Positions 19,622 through 28,864 of a stretch of DNA of 64,000 bases are shown piece by piece. The stretch's first letter is position 1; every line of letters starts with the position of its first letter. The position numbers were made by a program, and so were the translations under genes. Below the pieces are notes generated by a model. The model saw only the letters and a list, made by a program, of their open reading frames with translations. It had not been told where the DNA came from and did not search any database. The DNA comes from an uncultured Eubacteriales bacterium (GTDB lineage Bacteria; Bacillota; Clostridia; TANB77; UBA1234), in assembly GCA_964394075.1 (NCBI GenBank), contig CAYMVI010000004.1, positions 28,563 to 92,562 of the forward strand, in the 5' to 3' direction.

Positions 19622-21214
19622 GTGAATACTTTGAAAGAAAAAGGATATCTAAGTTTTGTACTTCATGCACATTTACCTTATGTAAGACATCCAGAAGCAG
19701 ATACATATATAGAAGAAAGATGGTTATTCGAAGCTATTTCTGAAACATATCTTCCACTTTTAATCAATTTTGAAAAATTAGTTGAAGAAAAAATAGATTT
19801 CAGATTAACAATGAACGTGACTCCACCTCTTATAACTATGCTTACTGATGAACTACTTCAACAAAGATACTTAAGATATTTGCTAGAAAGATTTAGACTT
19901 GCAGGCAAAGAAATAAGAAGAACGAAAGACAACAAAGAATTAAACGATTTAGCAAAAACTTATTTTTATAATTTCAAAGAATTCTATAAAGTTTATAAAA
20001 GAAAATACAATTGCAATTTGGTTGAAGCATTTAAACATTTCCAAGATATTGGTGTTTTAGAAATTATTTCTTGTCCTGCAACTCATGGTTTTCTACCTTT
20101 ATTAAATGTAGTACCTTCAGCAGCAAGAGCACAAATTGCAGTTGGTGTTGAAACATATAAAAAAGCTTTTGGAAGACCGCCAAAAGGAATGTGGCTTTCT
20201 GAATGTGCATACGTACCAGAATTAGAACCTTATCTTAAAGAGTTTGGAATTAAATATGTATTATTAGAAACACATGGTATTACATATGCAAATCCAAAAC
20301 CTTTATATGGTACACTTGCTCCTATCGTTTCTCCAAATGGATTAGTTGCATTCGGCAGAGACTTAGAAAGTTCAAAACAAGTTTGGAGTTCAATTTGCGG
20401 ATACCCAGGTGATCCTAACTATCGTGAATTTTATAAAGACATCGGATACGAATCAGATTGGGAATATATTAAACCATACGTAGCCAAAGCCGGTGTAAGA
20501 GTTGATACCGGAATCAAATATCACAAAATCACCGGCAAAACTTCAAATAAAGAATTATATAATTTTGACAATGCAAAAGCTGTTGCAGAAATGCAAGCAG
20601 ACCACTTCATGTATTCAAGAATAGAACAAATTAGCAAAGCTGCGCCTCACATGAAAAATCCACCAATTGTGACTTGTCCTTATGATGCAGAATTATATGG
20701 TCACTGGTGGTTTGAAGGACCTTATTGGTTATATGTTCTATGCAAAAAGATTCACCACAATCAAGATACTTTCAAATTAATCACACCAAGTGAATATTTA
20801 GAAAGATATCAAGATGTGCAAGAATGTGCACCATGCATTTCTACTTGGGGAGCTCATGGATATAATGAAGTTTGGTTAAATCCAGGTAACGATTATATTT
20901 ACCGTCACTTAAATAATATTGCAGAAAGAATGCATTACTTAGCATATCTTTATAACGAACCTCACGATTTACAAAGACGTGCACTTAACCAATGTGCAAG
21001 AGAATTACTTTTAGCACAAAGTAGCGACTGGCCATTCATCATTACTGGTAACACAATGGTTGATTATGCGCATAAACGAATTCGTGATCATGTTGGAAGA
21101 TTTAATGCTTTAGCTGATATGATTGACAAAGATGAAATCAACGAAGAATATCTTGCAGATATTGAGTTTAAAGATTTAATCTTCCCAGATATTGATTATA
21201 AAATTTACAAATAA
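19622..21214 (+). CDS. Glycoside hydrolase family 57 enzyme (GH57 alpha-glucan branching enzyme / amylopullulanase-like)
   Basis: Hallmark N-terminus GYLSFVLHAHLPYVRH and later GH57 motifs; 530 aa. Confidence 0.8.
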   Translation: MNTLKEKGYLSFVLHAHLPYVRHPEADTYIEERWLFEAISETYLPLLINFEKLVEEKIDFRLTMNVTPPLITMLTDELLQQRYLRYLLERFRLAGKEIRRTKDNKELNDLAKTYFYNFKEFYKVYKRKYNCNLVEAFKHFQDIGVLEIISCPATHGFLPLLNVVPSAARAQIAVGVETYKKAFGRPPKGMWLSECAYVPELEPYLKEFGIKYVLLETHGITYANPKPLYGTLAPIVSPNGLVAFGRDLESSKQVWSSICGYPGDPNYREFYKDIGYESDWEYIKPYVAKAGVRVDTGIKYHKITGKTSNKELYNFDNAKAVAEMQADHFMYSRIEQISKAAPHMKNPPIVTCPYDAELYGHWWFEGPYWLYVLCKKIHHNQDTFKLITPSEYLERYQDVQECAPCISTWGAHGYNEVWLNPGNDYIYRHLNNIAERMHYLAYLYNEPHDLQRRALNQCARELLLAQSSDWPFIITGNTMVDYAHKRIRDHVGRFNALADMIDKDEINEEYLADIEFKDLIFPDIDYKIYK

Positions 21215-21218
21215 AATA

Positions 21219-21250
21219 AAGCACTTCTCATTTCGAGAAGTGCTTATTTT
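21219..21250. terminator. Bidirectional terminator between convergent GH57 gene and giant gene
   Basis: AAGCACTTCTC-ATTTC-GAGAAGTGCTT flanked by A/T runs. Confidence 0.7.
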
Positions 21251-24200
21251 TTATTTCATTCCTGTTAATTCTTTGAATACTTTCAATTGCATTTTTCTTT
21301 CTTTGCCATCTGGTATTCTATTTATTTCTGTAATTAGTCCGTTTATTTGTTGCTGATTCAAAAGAAGTAATGTTGCTTCTAACTCATTATATTGCGCAAG
21401 TGATAACGATGCATGTTTTGAAAGTAAGCGTAAAGCTTGTTTTGGTAATAAGTTTGTAACCATAATTACAACTTCACTATCCATTTCAGCTCTGCTTGCA
21501 GGACTATCAAAATAATTATCTTTTGCAACACTTCTTGCCCTATAATAATTATCTAACATTACGCTTTCATAAATTAAGATAATTCTTAATTTTCTTAAGT
21601 CCGTATTCGGAAGCGAATGTCCGCCTGATGCATCTTTTACAATTTCAAGTCCTTGCTTATTTTTACCACGCATTATAATATAGTTTGCCTCTTCTTGTGT
21701 CGTTACTTTATTATCAACAAAGTAATCCGCAAATAATACTGCTTTTCTTTGATCCAAGAAATAGAAATCTTTATCATCCATTTCTGAATTTGTAATAGCT
21801 TCAAAGATTTTCAAAATCTTATTACCGGTTCTGTCTTCAGCAATAATCTCTTTCAAACCTTCTTCAACTAATTGTTTTTCTTTTCTGATAACAGTGCTTA
21901 ACTTCTCAGCCAAACCATACTCTTCCATAGAACCTTCCCATCTTAAAGCTTCTCTCAAGTAAGTAACGATTTCTGTATTGTAATCGTTTAGCTGATTAAT
22001 AGTTACTATTTCATCATTCTTAAGCACAACACTTCTACCTAATGCTTGCAAATATGGATCTGTAAATACAGCTTCTGGTTCTTTTTGAGCTTCTTCCAGA
22101 GCTTTTCTTTCTTTTTCCTCTTCTTCAAGTCTTAACTTCTCTGCTTCTTCAGCCTCAACTTGAGCAACCAAATCAGCATCAATAAACTTCTGTGCATCAG
22201 GATTGAAGTATGCTTTATTCTCTGGTTTCTTTTCGCCAAAATTATCAGCAGTAAAGTATTGTATTACAACATTTTCTATCGGATTTTCATCTACAATGAT
22301 ATCAGAAGGATTGTTGTGTGAATAACGCCATGTATCATTGTTATTATCATAAATCACTTTAATAACTGGCTTTGGTGCAAACCTTGTACCAATTTGCGCT
22401 TTTACAATTACATCATCTTTTAATGTTCTACCATCTGCCGTTTGAAGTTTAATTGTAACGATAGCTTTCTTTTCTTGATATATAACGTTGATAATATTAT
22501 TGATACTTCCAACAGTAAGTTTGATTGGTTCTGTTCTGTTGTATAACCATCTTCTGTTTTGTTCGTCAACAAATTCTCTTTCAACCTCAGGCACAAATTC
22601 ACTACCTACTTCTAAGTTAAGTAGATCCGTCTTCTTGATAGTATTTCCTTCAGTATCTTTATAACGTACAGAGATTTCAGCTTTGGCAACCTCATACGTC
22701 ATAATGATTTCATTTTCTCTATTATCTTCTTTTACTGTAATCGGATCTATCTTATCATTTAAAAGTTGCCACTGAATTCCGTTTCTGTCAGTAACAAATC
22801 TAATAGGATCCTGTCTATAAACAGTTCCAACAGGCATATCTATTTCCATATCATCTTTTAATTTATTACCATCGATATCTTGGAATGATACTTTTACTTT
22901 TGTAACAAGTGATTCATAAGTTAAGTCAAAGAAGTTTATAACCTGATTGCTGCCTAGTGGCACTTCTTTTACTTTTATTGTTTGTGGCTCACATTTTACA
23001 AATTTATATTGTTTAGATTCTTCATCCGAAATTCTTTGATCTATATCAGGTTTAAATGTACTACCCAATTGTGCTTTAACAATCTTGTCTTTCATAATTG
23101 AGTTACCATTCTTTGTAATAAATCTCAAGTTAACATTTACCTTCAACGGAATATACAAGAATTCGATTACATTATTTTTATCTTCTTCATTAACAAGAAT
23201 TTCTTCTTTATTAGCAGCTTTAAACTCCCAAACGCGTCCATCTGAACCTTCAATAACGTTATCAGGTGATATTTTGTGAGCACTACCAATTTGAGCAAGA
23301 ACTTTCTTTGGTTCTTTCAACTTATTGTTGTCTTGATCTTTATATTGATATATAACAAAAGCTTTTTCTTGTTCATAAGCAAGTACAACAACGTTTTCTT
23401 TCACGTCTTTACTTACTCTTATTGTTGCTTTACTATTTACGTTATAAGTCCATTTCTTGTTAGCTGCGCCAGAGATTTTTTCAATAATTTCCGGTGTGTA
23501 ATTAGAACCAATTTGCGCTTCATATTGATCGTACTGTTTTATTTCTGCGCCAAGAGGATCTACATATCTTACAACAACTTTATTCATAGACGGTTTGTAA
23601 TAAAGTTTAGTGAAATTCTGATCTAACTTCACAGTAACTGGAAGCGGATCAATCTTTTTGCCACCGCCGAAAAGTTTGTTTTCAATTCTACAATCTGCAA
23701 TCCATTCTCTGCCAAATTCATCTTCAACATACTCTTCAATCTTTGGTAAAAATTCTGTACCAACTTGTACTCTTTCTACCTTAGGTTTTATAATGTCGTT
23801 TTCAGCTGCATCTTTATAGTAGATTGTTACATCCACTATATATTTATCATATAACACACTGATTGTATTTTCGTTTGGCTTTCTTGAGACTTTTAATGGT
23901 TTTAAAGATTCTTGATCTATTAACCATCCCATCTTGTTTTCATCAACAATAACAAGCTGTGCTGTAGGATTAAAAGTGCTACCAATTTGAGCTTTAATTG
24001 TTTTCCATGAAGCAATTTGTTGCAACTCTTTATTAAAGAATTCCATTCTAACTTCTGCCATATCTTTTTTGTATGAAATAATAATGTTATTTTCCTCTTC
24101 ATTTTCAGAAACAACAAGTTTGCTTTCATTAATTTCAGTAAACAACCACGCTTTGCCATCTGGATCAATAAAGTTTTGTTTAACTCTAACTTCCACATTT

Positions 24201-27200
24201 GTTCCAACCTGGTATTTGTTAATAACTTCTGGAGCAATTAAGTCGCCTTCTTCATCAACGTAGCTAATTGTAACTTCTGATAACAATTTTTCATATCTAC
24301 ATGTAATTACATTATCTCCGTCCTTAACTACAAACTCTGGCATACTTGCAGTTTTATATTCCCATTTTGCCCCATCTTTATTTGCAACAACTTTTTGTAT
24401 ATCAAGTTTGTAACGTTTACCAACTTGAATCTTTTCTTCCTTCGCAGTTGTTATTTCTTTATTTTCTTCATCAACATATTTTGTAATAATTTTTCCAAGT
24501 AACGGTTCATAAATATTAACCACTAAATTGCCATCTTCTTTTACAATTTGTGAATCCATATTAGATTTTACAAATTTCCAACCGATACCTTTTGAATCAT
24601 TAAACTTATTTGCTGCCTCAATACGAATTTCTTTTCCTACTTGAATATCTTTTGTAACATCAGGTTTTAATTGCTGTCCATCTTTGTTTTGATATTTCAT
24701 CAAAACTTGTGCTCTGCGCTCTTCATAATTTAATACAATGATGTTTTCTTGTTCATTTTCTTTGGCAATTATATTGATATTTTCATCGCCAATATAATTC
24801 CACTCCCATTTATTTTTATCAATTAATCTTTGTCTAATATTAGGTACATATATTCCACCCAAAGCAACTGTTGTAATAATATCTTCAACAACACTTTTTT
24901 GTGTTTTAACATCGATGTGTTTAACTAATATTTTAGCTTTTACTTCACCATAGATAAATTTAAATTTATTGCCTTGTTCTCTTACTGTCAAAATCTTAGG
25001 TTCAGTATTTTCTAGCATCCAACGTTGCCCATTCATGTCTGTGATTTTATACAGTGTGTTTGTGTCATACTCAGCACCTATTTGCCACGGAAGTTCTTTT
25101 TCTTCTAGAAGTACATTTCCAAAAGCATCATAAAAACTAATTCTAACATTTGTAGTTTCTTTATCATAATAAATTGAAACAACATTTTCTTCTTCATGTT
25201 TTCCAACAACAAGCGTTGGAATTTTAGATTCATCAATAACCCATTTCTTACCGTCTTTTCCAGTAATCTTTTTAATTGGATCATTTTTATATTGAGTACC
25301 TGCTTGCACAACTTGTGTCTTAGACGGAATAAGTTCTCTTGATTCCGCATCAAAATATTTAACTGTTACTTTTGCCATTAAAGGTTCATACTTCAAAGTT
25401 ACTACATTTTCTTGAACATTTTCCGAAATGACAATCGATTTTCCAGCATCAATTAATGTCCAAATTTTACCGAAATTATCTGAGATTTCATTGCGACTAG
25501 CATAGTTGAAAATACCACCAATTTGAGCTTCTTCAAAGACCGCATCTCTAATCGCTCTACCATCTTCCCTTATAAATTTCAATGACGCTTTAGCAAGTCT
25601 TGGCTTGTATACTGCTTGTAAAATATTTTGAGATTCATCGCTATTAACAACAATAGAATCTGTAACAGCATTTCTATATTCCCACTCTTTGCACTCATAG
25701 TCATATAACATTTTTTCAAAATTTACTGAATGTGTTTTTCCTATTTGTACAAAAGAAACCTCTTCATCTACAAGATTATTTCCATTTTCATCAATAACTC
25801 TTGTGATAACTTTTTGTTTTGCTTCATCGTATAGCAAATTAATTTCATTATTTACTCCAGTTTGCACCACAATATAGTCTACAGAAGCTTCTGAATATAG
25901 CCAACCTAATCCATCCATATCTACGATATAAGGAACAGATTGTGCCCTGCACATTTTACCAACCGCACTTTGTATAATTTGTGGCGGTGCTATTTCTTTA
26001 CCATTTTTGTTCAAATATTTTACAACAACATCCGCTCTATCTATGTCATACACCAATATAATTTTATTTCTTTGTTCATCATCTGAAATAACCAATCTCG
26101 ATGGTCTAGCACTTTTTAGTTTCCACTCATCACCTTTTTCATCAGTAAAATGAGCTTTTGATTCCATATCAAAAACAGAACCAACTTGCCAAATCTCAGA
26201 TTTTTCTTCAGTTAAATTTTTACCATCTCTATTAATTATAGAAATGTGCACTCTAGCATATCTTTCGATGTATTTTATCTCTATAATATTTTCTGAAGGA
26301 TCTGTTTGCACTACAAAATTAGCAGGGTTTTCATTTTCAATCAACCACTCTTTTCCTTCACTATCATTAATTATTGGAATAACATCAGGTATATATATAG
26401 TATTTGGGAATAAATTTCCGATTCTATTTTCTTTTAATACTACACCTTTTGAATTAACGTATCTAACAGTTAATGTAGTCGAACCCGGTAACGCATTTGC
26501 ACTCGATGCAATATAACTTGTTGAACCTCCAAAATCACCTTGCGAATTGCCAAAGAAAGAATCTTCTGATTCTTGGTTCGCATTTCCACCAACATTAGTA
26601 CCATTAAACATCACTACTTGTCTTCTATCTGGATTACCTAAAGGTATATAAATATCTACTTCGATATTTGGTACAGGCAAAGAATCTGCGCCACTATAAT
26701 TTACATCTTCGTAAATATATCCTAATAAGTCTGGAATACAACTATCATCAATAATCGTCTCTCTCTTAATAATAACAGCCATTGCATTAACATTAAAATC
26801 AGCAATAGATTGTTTTCTTATAACATTACCTTTTCTATCTGTATATTCTAACTTCGTTCCAATCTTTGTATTGTCTTCCAAGACATTCTCTACCAACTTA
26901 TATTTGTATCTTCTTCCCACATTATCTTCGATTGTTACATATAATCTTTCTTCGAATTCGGCAGGATCAGTTATGATTCTATATCTGTATCTTAGTGGTT
27001 CAAACGTATCTGTTCTAACCTGCAAATTGTTATAAATCAAATCTGTAGACGGACACACAAGTTCAGGATTAAGTTTTAATAATATCTCACGAAGTGCATT
27101 AACATCTAACTCTTGGCTAGATTCAAGTCTAGATCTTCTCAAAATTTCTTTTGCTACATTATCTACTTTTGAATCATCTTCAAAAAGTTCTGAATACATT

Positions 27201-28081
27201 GATTTTTCGGAAGAACGAGTAGCAACAAATATTGCAATTTCTCCTTGTGAACCTCTAGTCTTTTCTGACCAATAATAAGAAATATGATTAAGTGGAAAAT
27301 CTACTCTTGGTGGCAACTCATTTATTTTTACATAAGGATCATTTGTAACAATTCCAGCCGATACATTTTTAGATTTTATTTTTATTTGAACATCACGTTC
27401 AAAAATTTCTAATCTATTCGTTTTTGTGTTTATATATCTTATTGAATATGCATTTAAATTTTCAGCATATTTTGCAGGAGTATCATAATTTCTAATCAAT
27501 GGATTCAAATCATTTACAGCCATATCGTCAATTACGAAATCCGACAATAACATAGTAAGTATATCTCTTACTTTTCTATCATTTAAAACAATCTTTTTAC
27601 TATTCAAGAAAGCTTCATAATAATCTTTTGTTATCGCATCTCTTTCAGGTTTATAAATTTGTTCATAAGTCATGTTGTTATACATGTTCATTGTTTTTTG
27701 TGACGGAACATACTTAACGATTTTTATTTTTCCTTCAGCAGTTACACCAACAATTGCATTTCTTTTAGACAATGTATAATCAGCAGTAGGTATTCTTGTT
27801 TTTACTGCAGACTCTGTTGAAGAAGGCGTAATATCTCCCTCTAAAACAGAACAACCTAACATTTCTTCTCCTATGTTTAAGAAAGTTTGTATTATATCAA
27901 CATTAGGTTCTGAATACTCTTTTATGACAAAAATATTTTCTTCGATTTTACTTTCATCAAGCTGTTCTATTCTATTATCAACAACAGTCAAATCTAATTT
28001 ATCTAACGCTGCATTTATTGACATGCTGTTATATCCTAAAGCAATAAGTTTATCTCTAAGCAGAGTTGCACTTTTTTTCAT
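21251..28081 (-). CDS. Giant (~2276 aa) cytoplasmic tandem-repeat protein: ~500-aa N-terminal region, >=17 consecutive ~85-90-aa beta-rich modules, coiled-coil/acidic linker, ~300-aa C-terminal domain
   Basis: Uninterrupted ORF; likely ATG 28081 (MKKSATLL) preceded by AAGGGGTGAA; no signal peptide/TM; repeat consensus [VI]x[VI]xYxDxxGxx[IL]...Q[VI]G...DxxGxxW...[VI]x.E..EN[VI][VI]..Y. Confidence 0.8.
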   Translation of the reverse strand: MKKSATLLRDKLIALGYNSMSINAALDKLDLTVVDNRIEQLDESKIEENIFVIKEYSEPNVDIIQTFLNIGEEMLGCSVLEGDITPSSTESAVKTRIPTADYTLSKRNAIVGVTAEGKIKIVKYVPSQKTMNMYNNMTYEQIYKPERDAITKDYYEAFLNSKKIVLNDRKVRDILTMLLSDFVIDDMAVNDLNPLIRNYDTPAKYAENLNAYSIRYINTKTNRLEIFERDVQIKIKSKNVSAGIVTNDPYVKINELPPRVDFPLNHISYYWSEKTRGSQGEIAIFVATRSSEKSMYSELFEDDSKVDNVAKEILRRSRLESSQELDVNALREILLKLNPELVCPSTDLIYNNLQVRTDTFEPLRYRYRIITDPAEFEERLYVTIEDNVGRRYKYKLVENVLEDNTKIGTKLEYTDRKGNVIRKQSIADFNVNAMAVIIKRETIIDDSCIPDLLGYIYEDVNYSGADSLPVPNIEVDIYIPLGNPDRRQVVMFNGTNVGGNANQESEDSFFGNSQGDFGGSTSYIASSANALPGSTTLTVRYVNSKGVVLKENRIGNLFPNTIYIPDVIPIINDSEGKEWLIENENPANFVVQTDPSENIIEIKYIERYARVHISIINRDGKNLTEEKSEIWQVGSVFDMESKAHFTDEKGDEWKLKSARPSRLVISDDEQRNKIILVYDIDRADVVVKYLNKNGKEIAPPQIIQSAVGKMCRAQSVPYIVDMDGLGWLYSEASVDYIVVQTGVNNEINLLYDEAKQKVITRVIDENGNNLVDEEVSFVQIGKTHSVNFEKMLYDYECKEWEYRNAVTDSIVVNSDESQNILQAVYKPRLAKASLKFIREDGRAIRDAVFEEAQIGGIFNYASRNEISDNFGKIWTLIDAGKSIVISENVQENVVTLKYEPLMAKVTVKYFDAESRELIPSKTQVVQAGTQYKNDPIKKITGKDGKKWVIDESKIPTLVVGKHEEENVVSIYYDKETTNVRISFYDAFGNVLLEEKELPWQIGAEYDTNTLYKITDMNGQRWMLENTEPKILTVREQGNKFKFIYGEVKAKILVKHIDVKTQKSVVEDIITTVALGGIYVPNIRQRLIDKNKWEWNYIGDENINIIAKENEQENIIVLNYEERRAQVLMKYQNKDGQQLKPDVTKDIQVGKEIRIEAANKFNDSKGIGWKFVKSNMDSQIVKEDGNLVVNIYEPLLGKIITKYVDEENKEITTAKEEKIQVGKRYKLDIQKVVANKDGAKWEYKTASMPEFVVKDGDNVITCRYEKLLSEVTISYVDEEGDLIAPEVINKYQVGTNVEVRVKQNFIDPDGKAWLFTEINESKLVVSENEEENNIIISYKKDMAEVRMEFFNKELQQIASWKTIKAQIGSTFNPTAQLVIVDENKMGWLIDQESLKPLKVSRKPNENTISVLYDKYIVDVTIYYKDAAENDIIKPKVERVQVGTEFLPKIEEYVEDEFGREWIADCRIENKLFGGGKKIDPLPVTVKLDQNFTKLYYKPSMNKVVVRYVDPLGAEIKQYDQYEAQIGSNYTPEIIEKISGAANKKWTYNVNSKATIRVSKDVKENVVVLAYEQEKAFVIYQYKDQDNNKLKEPKKVLAQIGSAHKISPDNVIEGSDGRVWEFKAANKEEILVNEEDKNNVIEFLYIPLKVNVNLRFITKNGNSIMKDKIVKAQLGSTFKPDIDQRISDEESKQYKFVKCEPQTIKVKEVPLGSNQVINFFDLTYESLVTKVKVSFQDIDGNKLKDDMEIDMPVGTVYRQDPIRFVTDRNGIQWQLLNDKIDPITVKEDNRENEIIMTYEVAKAEISVRYKDTEGNTIKKTDLLNLEVGSEFVPEVEREFVDEQNRRWLYNRTEPIKLTVGSINNIINVIYQEKKAIVTIKLQTADGRTLKDDVIVKAQIGTRFAPKPVIKVIYDNNNDTWRYSHNNPSDIIVDENPIENVVIQYFTADNFGEKKPENKAYFNPDAQKFIDADLVAQVEAEEAEKLRLEEEEKERKALEEAQKEPEAVFTDPYLQALGRSVVLKNDEIVTINQLNDYNTEIVTYLREALRWEGSMEEYGLAEKLSTVIRKEKQLVEEGLKEIIAEDRTGNKILKIFEAITNSEMDDKDFYFLDQRKAVLFADYFVDNKVTTQEEANYIIMRGKNKQGLEIVKDASGGHSLPNTDLRKLRIILIYESVMLDNYYRARSVAKDNYFDSPASRAEMDSEVVIMVTNLLPKQALRLLSKHASLSLAQYNELEATLLLLNQQQINGLITEINRIPDGKERKMQLKVFKELTGMK

Positions 28082-28224
28082 TTGTTCACCCCTTGATTTA
28101 AAATCAATTACGCACATAATAATACAAATAATATTATATCTTAATGAGTATTTTTTTCAATACTTTTACTTATACTAATTAAAAATTTCAATCAAACTTT
28201 TTTGAGTTTTTCGAAAGGATTTTT

Positions 28225-28764
28225 ATGCAACCAAAATTTTTAATTTTAAAATTTTATTCTAAGGATTTGTTTAATCTATTTTCAAAAAAAATTTCAGAAT
28301 ATCCACACATAATTTTTTCTTCAAAAAAATTTAATGGAACTTATAACGTGATTGTAAAAACGAATAAATATTTCGAATCTGTTTTTCAAGATGATTACGA
28401 CAACAAATTTTATACATCCTATATTTACCTGTACACTAGCATTTCCATAGTTTTATCAGAATTTATAATCGATAATTTTGAACTAAAATTAGCACATCAA
28501 ATTCTTTCCACAAAATATAAATATTTGAGTCCATATTCAAAAAATAAATTAAAAAACATTTTACACTTTGTTTTAGATTCAAATTACCCAAGTGCATCTT
28601 CTAAAAATTTATTTTTGTATCGAAAAGATTTAATACTTAGAAAATTACTTTTGAATTTTAGAAGAGCAAATTATTTGTATGTTGATTACTTTATTTATTT
28701 CAAATTAACCGACTATTATTTACACTTAGAAAATATAATTTCAAAAACATATTTGCGTTATTAA
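28225..28764 (+). CDS. Hypothetical Tyr/Lys-rich protein (179 aa)
   Basis: ORF with AGGA RBS; no recognisable motifs; AT-rich, so coding status moderately uncertain. Confidence 0.4.
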   Translation: MQPKFLILKFYSKDLFNLFSKKISEYPHIIFSSKKFNGTYNVIVKTNKYFESVFQDDYDNKFYTSYIYLYTSISIVLSEFIIDNFELKLAHQILSTKYKYLSPYSKNKLKNILHFVLDSNYPSASSKNLFLYRKDLILRKLLLNFRRANYLYVDYFIYFKLTDYYLHLENIISKTYLRY

Positions 28765-28864
28765 AATAATAAACTTCCTACTATTATTCATTTGACATTT
28801 TTATCATATTGAATGATAATATTTATGTGTATGTAAACGCGAATTACAAAGGAGGAAATTTAAA

